64,000 nucleotides of DNA from contig JBCCVD010000012.1 of NCBI GenBank assembly GCA_039195745.1, positions 39,100 through 103,099 of the forward strand. The letters run 5' to 3'. The position numbers and the translations under genes were made by a program. Below the pieces are notes generated by a model. The model worked only from the letters and a program-made list of their open reading frames with translations, made no database searches and was not told where the DNA came from. This DNA comes from Pseudomonadota bacterium (GTDB lineage Bacteria; Pseudomonadota; Alphaproteobacteria; Rhodobacterales; Rhodobacteraceae). Of the stretch, positions 57,649-64,000 are shown piece after piece. The stretch's first letter is position 1. Each line of letters begins with the position of its first letter.

Positions 57649-59163
57649 ATGTCAGACATCGTCCTCCGCCTGAACGGGCTTAGCAAGCAATTCGGCACCG
57701 TCATCGCCAACAGGAATGTCAGCCTCACCCTCAAGCGGGGTGAGGTCTTGGCGCTGCTGGGAGAGAACGGTGCGGGCAAGACCACGCTGATGAACATGCT
57801 CTTCGGGCACTATCTGCCGGATGCGGGCAGCATCGAAGTGGCAGGCCCGGATGGCACACTGCGCCCGCTCACCTTGGGGCATCCGCAAGCAGCACTTTCT
57901 GCGGGCGTCGGCATGGTCCACCAGCATTTCACGCTGGCGGAGAATATCAACGCGCTGGACAATATCACATTGGGGTCTGAGCCGCTCTTCTCGCTGCGCC
58001 GCAATCGCAAGGCCGCGCAAGCGAAGGTTGACGCAATCATCGCAACATCTGGTCTGGCCGCGCCCATGACCACCCCTGTGGGACGGCTGTCTGTCGGGGA
58101 GCGGCAGCGGGTGGAGATCCTCAAAGCACTCTACCGCGATGCGCGCATCTTGGTGCTGGATGAACCCACCGCCGTTTTGACCCCGCAAGAGGCCGACACG
58201 CTCTTTGCCAATATCAAAGCTATGACGCAGGACGGGCTGTCGGTGATTTTCATCTCCCACAAATTGCGCGAAGTTCTAGCCTTTTCCGACCGTATCGCAG
58301 TGTTGCGCCATGGTGAGAAAGTCGGTGAAATCCCCACGGATCAAGCAGATGAAGCCACAATTGCGCGAATGATGGTGGGGGCTGATACGCCAAAACCGCA
58401 ACGCGCCGCAATGACGCCCGGCGCGCCAGTTTTGCGTCTGTCACAACTCTCTGTCGCGGGTCGGTCAAAGCGCGACAGCTTGCACAAGGTTGATCTCAAC
58501 CTGCGCGCGCATGAAATTCTGGGCGTTGCTGGCATCTCCGGCAATGGTCAAAGCGCGCTTGCCAGTGTCGTTTCTGGCCTTGCGCAGCCCAGCGCCGGGC
58601 AGATCGACGTAGATGGCATGCCGCTGAGCAACCCGACACCTGCGGGAATGGTTGCGGCCGGTGTCGGGCGTATCCCAGAAGATCGTCACCACGAGGGCAT
58701 TGTGGGCGCGATGAGTGTGGCCGAAAACCTTGTCATCGAAAGGCTGGATGATCCTGCCATTCAGGCGCGCGGCCTGCTGCGGCGCGACGCGATCAGCGCC
58801 CATGCAGATCAACTGGCGCAAGACTATGACGTGCGTGGGCCTGGCGTCACGGCTCCCGCACGGCTGCTTTCTGGCGGCAATATCCAGAAGCTGATCCTCG
58901 CCCGCGTGTTTGAGCGTGGCCCCCGCCTGATCCTCGCCAATCAGCCGACGCGTGGCCTTGATATGGGAGCGGCTGCTGAGGTCGGGCGCAGGCTGCTTGA
59001 AGCGCGTGCGCGGGGCGCGGGCGTTCTGCTGATATCAGAAGATCTGGACGAAATTCTGAGCCTTGCCGACCGCATCGTCGTGATCCGTGACGGCCACCTG
59101 ATCGACGCGGGCGACCCCGACCGCGCCCGCATCGGCCTGATGATGGCAGGGGAGGCCGCATGA
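57649..59163 (+). CDS. Sugar/nucleoside ABC transporter ATP-binding protein (two NBDs)
   Basis: [24 protein letters not shown]; second NBD LSGGNIQKL, QPTRGLD. Confidence 0.93.
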   Translation: MSDIVLRLNGLSKQFGTVIANRNVSLTLKRGEVLALLGENGAGKTTLMNMLFGHYLPDAGSIEVAGPDGTLRPLTLGHPQAALSAGVGMVHQHFTLAENINALDNITLGSEPLFSLRRNRKAAQAKVDAIIATSGLAAPMTTPVGRLSVGERQRVEILKALYRDARILVLDEPTAVLTPQEADTLFANIKAMTQDGLSVIFISHKLREVLAFSDRIAVLRHGEKVGEIPTDQADEATIARMMVGADTPKPQRAAMTPGAPVLRLSQLSVAGRSKRDSLHKVDLNLRAHEILGVAGISGNGQSALASVVSGLAQPSAGQIDVDGMPLSNPTPAGMVAAGVGRIPEDRHHEGIVGAMSVAENLVIERLDDPAIQARGLLRRDAISAHADQLAQDYDVRGPGVTAPARLLSGGNIQKLILARVFERGPRLILANQPTRGLDMGAAAEVGRRLLEARARGAGVLLISEDLDEILSLADRIVVIRDGHLIDAGDPDRARIGLMMAGEAA

Positions 59164-60233
59164 TCCGAATAGAGCCCCGAAACACATCCTCACGTGCGTA
59201 CGCTGTCGGTATTCCTGTCCTCTCCGCCTGTCTCGCCTTGGCATTAGCCGCGATCCCGCTGCTCTTGGCGGGGGCCAACCCGATCACCGCCTATGGCGAG
59301 ATGATCAAAGGCGTTTTCGGCTCTGTCTTCGCGATTTCCGAGATGCTCACACGGGCGACACCGCTGATCTTCACGGGCCTCGCCGCCGCCTTAGCTTTCC
59401 GCGCAAAGCTCTGGAATATCGGGGCGGAGGGGCAGCTTTATCTGGGCGCGATGGCCGCCGTTGCCATCGGTTCGGGCGTGCTTGATCTTCCTGGCTTGGC
59501 GCTGATCCCGCTGATCATCATCCTCGGTGCTGCGGCGGGCGCAGCGGGCATGGCCGTGCCCACATTTCTGAAGACCCGCTTCGGCGCAGACGAGGTCGTC
59601 ACGACGCTTCTGCTGAACTTCGTCATCCTGATCTTCCTGCAGATGATGCTCGAAGGGCCGCTGCAAGACCCAATGGGCCTTGGTTGGCCGCAATCGGCGC
59701 CGGTGCTGGATCAGGGCATGCTGCCGCCGCTGATGGAGCGGATGCGCGTGCATTCCGGGCTGATCATCGCGCTGATCGCGGCTGGCATTGCGCAATTCAT
59801 GTTGGCGCGGTCGGTCTGGGGCTTCAAACTGCGCGCCGTTGGTGAAAACGCGGCGGCCGCGCGTCATGCGGGGATCAACGTGAAACGTTCGCTCTTTGGG
59901 GTTGCAATCATCTCTGGTGGGTTGGCGGGGCTTGCAGGTGTCAGCGAGGTTGCGGGGCTCAAGGGCTACCTGACCGCTGATCTTTCACCGGGGTTTGGCT
60001 ATACTGGCATCGTCGTGGCAATGCTCGCAGGCTTGTCACCTGCAGGCGTGGTGATCGCCGCGCTCTTCATCGCCTCGGTTTTTGTCGGCGCGGATAGTAT
60101 GAGCCGCGCCATGGGCGTCTCCTCATTCCTCGCGGATCTCGTCGTTTCCATGTCGCTCCTATGCGTGCTGGTCGGCGGCTTCGTCGCCAAATACCGGATC
60201 ATCCGCACCAATCGGGGCCAAGCGACCTCATGA
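59160..60233 (+). CDS. ABC permease (CUT2 nucleoside type)
   Basis: ATPLIFTGLA, WNIGAEGQ, GYTGIVVAML; ATGA overlap. Confidence 0.92.
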   Translation: MIRIEPRNTSSRAYAVGIPVLSACLALALAAIPLLLAGANPITAYGEMIKGVFGSVFAISEMLTRATPLIFTGLAAALAFRAKLWNIGAEGQLYLGAMAAVAIGSGVLDLPGLALIPLIIILGAAAGAAGMAVPTFLKTRFGADEVVTTLLLNFVILIFLQMMLEGPLQDPMGLGWPQSAPVLDQGMLPPLMERMRVHSGLIIALIAAGIAQFMLARSVWGFKLRAVGENAAAARHAGINVKRSLFGVAIISGGLAGLAGVSEVAGLKGYLTADLSPGFGYTGIVVAMLAGLSPAGVVIAALFIASVFVGADSMSRAMGVSSFLADLVVSMSLLCVLVGGFVAKYRIIRTNRGQATS

Positions 60234-61174
60234 TGGATATCCTCAATATCCTCTTGTCAGAGAGCTTCTGGGCTGCATCGCTACGCATCGCCACACCGCT
60301 GATCTTTGGCGTGCTGGGCGCGCTGATCTGCGAGCGGGCGGGCGTGTTGAACCTTGGCATCGAAGGGATTTTCGTCGTCGGGGCCATGTGCGGCTGGATG
60401 GCGGTCTGGCTGGGCGCGGGGCTCTGGGGTGGCGTACTCATCGCGGCTCTGGCGGGCGCGTTTTTCGGCCTGCTACACGCGATCCTCACCGTTCCGCTTG
60501 GCCTGTCGCAACATGTCTCCGGGCTCGGCATCACACTTTTTGCCACCTCGGTCAGCTACTTTTCCTACCGGACGGCTTTGCCCAACGTCTCTTCTCCTCC
60601 AAGGATCGAACCGTTTCAGCCGCTTGATGTTCCGATCCTGTCAGACTTGCCCTTCTTCGGGCCAGTCCTGTTCCAGCAAACTGCGCTGACATGGCTGGCG
60701 CTCGCGATGGTGGCGCTGGTCTGGTACGTGATGAACCGCTCCAGCCTCGGCGTCGCGCTGAAAGCAGTGGGCGACAACCCGGACAGCGTCGATGCGCAGG
60801 GCCTGTCGGTCTATGCGTTGCGCATGGGCGCCATCGTTGCAGGCTCTGCCCTGATGGCATTGGGCGGTGCCTTTTTGACAATGAGCGCCTTTGACGCCTT
60901 CTTCTTCGGCATGGTCAATGGGCGCGGTTGGGTCTGCATCGCGCTGGTGATCTTTGCAAGTTGGCGGCCCGGCAAAGCGCTTCTGGGCGCTCTGCTCTTT
61001 GGTGCGTTTGATGCGTTGCAAGTGCGCTTGCAAACGGAGATGGGCGCGCTTGTCCCGGGTCAGATTTTCCTGATGGCGCCATATATCCTCTCCATCATCG
61101 CGCTGGTCATTGCCGCGCGCAGCGCCGACTACCCCCGCGCCTTGCTCACCCCATGGTTCAAAGGCCAACGCTAG
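60230..61174 (+). CDS. ABC permease (CUT2 nucleoside type)
   Basis: ERAGVLNLGIEG, NGRGWVCIALV; ATG 60230 overlapping the previous TGA. Confidence 0.92.
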   Translation: MMDILNILLSESFWAASLRIATPLIFGVLGALICERAGVLNLGIEGIFVVGAMCGWMAVWLGAGLWGGVLIAALAGAFFGLLHAILTVPLGLSQHVSGLGITLFATSVSYFSYRTALPNVSSPPRIEPFQPLDVPILSDLPFFGPVLFQQTALTWLALAMVALVWYVMNRSSLGVALKAVGDNPDSVDAQGLSVYALRMGAIVAGSALMALGGAFLTMSAFDAFFFGMVNGRGWVCIALVIFASWRPGKALLGALLFGAFDALQVRLQTEMGALVPGQIFLMAPYILSIIALVIAARSADYPRALLTPWFKGQR

Positions 61175-61185
61175 GAGCTGCCGAT

Positions 61186-62475
61186 ATGTTCGACCTTCTG
61201 ATCAAGAATGCCACTCTGACAACGGGCCAAACTGGCATGGATGTCGCATGCAAAGGAGGGACTATCGCCGCTGTTGAAGCGGGTATCAGCGCTGAAGCTG
61301 GCGAGGTCATTGACGCGGATGGCAACCTCCTTTCGCCGCCCTTTGTCGATCCGCATTTCCATATGGATGCGACGCTGTCTCTGGGTACGCCGCGCATGAA
61401 TGTGTCGGGCACGCTTCTTGAAGGGATCGCGCTCTGGGGGGAGCTGAAACCGATCCAATCTGTCGATGACATCGTGGCCCGCGCATTGCGCTACTGCGAT
61501 CTTGCGGCGGCCAAAGGCATCGGCGCGATCCGCAGCCATGTCGATACTTGCGATGACGCGCTGACCGGCGTGCAAGCCCTGTTGCAGGTCCGCGAAACGG
61601 TGAAAGACTACATCGACCTGCAACTCGTAGCTTTCCCGCAAGACGGTGTGCTGCGAGACCCGACCGCGATGCAGAACACCCTGCGCGCACTCGATATGGG
61701 CGTCGATGTGGTGGGTGGTATCCCGCATTTTGAACGCAGCATGGCCGATGGCGCGGAAAGCGTGCGCCTGCTCTGTGAACTCGCGACAGAGCGCGGCCTC
61801 ATGGTCGATATGCATTGCGACGAAAGCGATGACCCGCTGAGCCGTCACATCGAAACGCTTGCCTTTGAAACCCGCAGGCTGGGGCTCGAAGGCCGTGTCG
61901 CAGGCTCGCATCTGACCTCCATGCACTCGATGGACAATTACTACGTCTCCAAGCTGATACCGCTGATCGCGGAGGCGGGCGTCCATGCGATCCCTAATCC
62001 GCTCATCAACATCATGCTGCAGGGCCGCCACGACAGCTATCCCAAGCGCCGCGGTCAGACCCGCGTGCGCGAGCTGCGCGATGCTGGGATCACCGTGGGC
62101 TTCGGCTCGGATTGCGTTATGGACCCGTGGTATTCACTGGGCAAGGCGGACATGCTGGACGTGGCCTTCATGGGGCTGCATGTGGGCCAGCTATCCAGTC
62201 GGGAGGATATGGCGTGGTGCTTCGACGCTGTGACCGAAACCTCCGCTCGCATCATGGGGCTTGATGGCTACGGGATCGCAAAAGGTTGCGCAGCCAATCT
62301 GGTTTTGCTGCAGGCCAAGGACAAGATCGAAGCCATCCGGCTGCGCGCGCAGAGGCTCGCGGTGATCCGCAAAGGCGTTGTGATCGCCAGATCCGCCCCG
62401 GTGCTGCATGAGTTGCACTTGCCCGGCCGCGATACAAGCACGCTCAATGAAGCGCGCCTGACGGACAGCACCTAG
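61186..62475 (+). CDS. codA: Cytosine deaminase-like amidohydrolase
   Basis: DPHFHMD (HxH), IRSHVD, FPQDG, MHCDESDD, DCVMDPWY; ATG 61186. Confidence 0.85.
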   Translation: MFDLLIKNATLTTGQTGMDVACKGGTIAAVEAGISAEAGEVIDADGNLLSPPFVDPHFHMDATLSLGTPRMNVSGTLLEGIALWGELKPIQSVDDIVARALRYCDLAAAKGIGAIRSHVDTCDDALTGVQALLQVRETVKDYIDLQLVAFPQDGVLRDPTAMQNTLRALDMGVDVVGGIPHFERSMADGAESVRLLCELATERGLMVDMHCDESDDPLSRHIETLAFETRRLGLEGRVAGSHLTSMHSMDNYYVSKLIPLIAEAGVHAIPNPLINIMLQGRHDSYPKRRGQTRVRELRDAGITVGFGSDCVMDPWYSLGKADMLDVAFMGLHVGQLSSREDMAWCFDAVTETSARIMGLDGYGIAKGCAANLVLLQAKDKIEAIRLRAQRLAVIRKGVVIARSAPVLHELHLPGRDTSTLNEARLTDST

Positions 62476-63425
62476 CCGCGAAAGCTGCGCCAAAGCGGCA
62501 GAATGCCCTTGCTCACCACTGGGATCAGCGCCAAGCCCAAAGCCAATCCGAACAGGCCGTCAAATGTCGCTGTCACGGCCCATTTGACAAATCCTTGCGC
62601 GGTGTCGAGACCATGCGCAACGCCCTCGGCAATGTGGTGGATCGTATCGTAGAGCCAAGGCGCGCCCAGAACATCGAGCCCGTGAATGACGATCGAGCCT
62701 CCGACCCAGAGCATCGCCGCAGTGCCAACAACCATCAGCGCTTTCAGGAACCCGGGCATGGCTTTCACAATGCCGCGCCCGAAGGCGCGCGTCGCGGCGA
62801 GCCTGCCACTGCGCGACAAAAACAGCCCGACATCATCTGCTTTCACGATCAGCGCGACTGAGCCATAGACCGCGACCGTGATCCCGACTGCAACAGCTGC
62901 CAGGGTCGCGGCTTCCATGTAAATGTTGCTGTCGGGAATCTCGGCCAAGGCGATAGTCATGATCTCTGCCGAAAGGATGAAATCCGTCTTGATCGCACCC
63001 TGCACTTTTTGTTCTTCCAGATGCGCCGGGTCCTTGACTAAATCCTCCGGCTCATCCGCATCGTGATGATGCGGTTTGTAGAGGTGATAGACCTTCTCCG
63101 CCCCTTCAAAACAAAGATACCCGCCGCCCAGCATCAGCAAAGGCGTGATGATCCAAGGCGCGAAATTCGCCAGCAACAGCCCCACCGGGAGCAGGAAAAT
63201 CAGCTTGTTTTTGATAGAACCGCGCGCGATGCGCCAGACAATCGGCAATTCGCGGGCTGGGGCGAAGCCTTGGACATATTTTGGCGTGACTGCTGCGTCA
63301 TCAATCACGGCGCCTGCGGCTTTCGCACCGGCTTTCGCGGCCTGACCAATCACATCATCGACGGAGGCCGCCGCCACTTTCGCAATGCCGGCCACATCAT
63401 CCAACAGAGCAAGAAGTCCGCTCAT
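62472..63425 (-). CDS. DUF808-family inner membrane protein (YedI-like)
   Basis: GLLALLDD, AVIDDAAVTPKY, RELPIVWRIARGS, TDFILSAEIM. Confidence 0.88.
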   Translation of the reverse strand: MSGLLALLDDVAGIAKVAAASVDDVIGQAAKAGAKAAGAVIDDAAVTPKYVQGFAPARELPIVWRIARGSIKNKLIFLLPVGLLLANFAPWIITPLLMLGGGYLCFEGAEKVYHLYKPHHHDADEPEDLVKDPAHLEEQKVQGAIKTDFILSAEIMTIALAEIPDSNIYMEAATLAAVAVGITVAVYGSVALIVKADDVGLFLSRSGRLAATRAFGRGIVKAMPGFLKALMVVGTAAMLWVGGSIVIHGLDVLGAPWLYDTIHHIAEGVAHGLDTAQGFVKWAVTATFDGLFGLALGLALIPVVSKGILPLWRSFRG

Positions 63426-63488
63426 ATCACTGTCCTCTTCGTTGCGCCCTTCAGCCTAGCTCAACTGCGCGCGAAGACAATCCCGGCC

Positions 63489-63989
63489 TTAACGCCGGTT
63501 GTAGCGTGCGACATGGTCTTCAAAGATCGGCTGCAACTGATCGCGACTTTGCGGCCCTTGCACCACGCGCCGCATCTCGCCTGAGCCGTCAAAAAGCAGC
63601 AAGGTTACATGCGGCACTCCGTAATCGGCCGCAAAGGTCGAGCCTTCCAAGGTCTTGATATTGGCCACCAGAAACTCCGGTGCCTCCTCGCCCATCGCTT
63701 TGAGTGCCTTGCGCGTTTCTCGCTGCAAACTGTTGCAGATAGCACATTGCGGGTCGTGGATCTGCACGATTGTAGCTGTGCCCTTGCCGATCTTGGTCAA
63801 ATCCGCCTCGCAGATGGAAGCTTGAACGGACCTCACGCCAAAATAGCCGCCGCCCAGCAACATTGCCGCGCCGATTACGCCATATTGCAAAATCGCGCGC
63901 CGCGATTGCGCCTTCTCTACGTTGGATAGCTGCGGCGATGCCGATTTAACCCGTTTCGATTTCTGAGATTTGCGTTGCTTCTTGGCCAT
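63489..63989 (-). CDS. Membrane-anchored thioredoxin-like protein
   Basis: Basic N-terminus, single TM, HDPQCAIC (CxxC), YGVPHVTLLLFD (cis-Pro region). Confidence 0.65.
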   Translation of the reverse strand: MAKKQRKSQKSKRVKSASPQLSNVEKAQSRRAILQYGVIGAAMLLGGGYFGVRSVQASICEADLTKIGKGTATIVQIHDPQCAICNSLQRETRKALKAMGEEAPEFLVANIKTLEGSTFAADYGVPHVTLLLFDGSGEMRRVVQGPQSRDQLQPIFEDHVARYNRR

Positions 63990-64000
63990 GTCGCCCCCGT

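Overview
A ~59-60% GC alphaproteobacterial chromosome segment. The split F0 ATP synthase operon, pcs, xerC-DUF484 and the TRAP/BMP transporters point to Rhodobacterales (Roseobacter group, inferred). Most of it is housekeeping or catabolic: a TRAP-ALDH-SDR-FAD oxidoreductase operon, atpIBEF'F, an ECF sigma/vWA pair, deoC-ALDH16, rpe, an ABC-2 exporter, an orphan CheB-CheR-PAS fusion, a GcvT-family dehydrogenase with an MttB-family methyltransferase, truA, ycjXF, ileS, ogt, pcs, a cytochrome P460-family protein, xerC and a BMP ABC transporter with codA. I saw no rRNA, tRNA, CRISPR array or transposase. The most interesting part is 14.8-27.5 kb. It has a co-oriented core of function-unknown genes (358-aa coiled coil, 376-aa unknown, 644-aa AAA ATPase, DUF6638-like, 2-TM protein, DUF1523-like), interleaved with mostly AT-richer small membrane-protein ORFs joined by ATGA/GTGA overlaps. 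A 44-nt duplication of a core gene's 5' end, decayed copies of another gene start and REP-like hairpins suggest repeated cassette insertion. All family assignments come from motif reading and memory; no database search was run.
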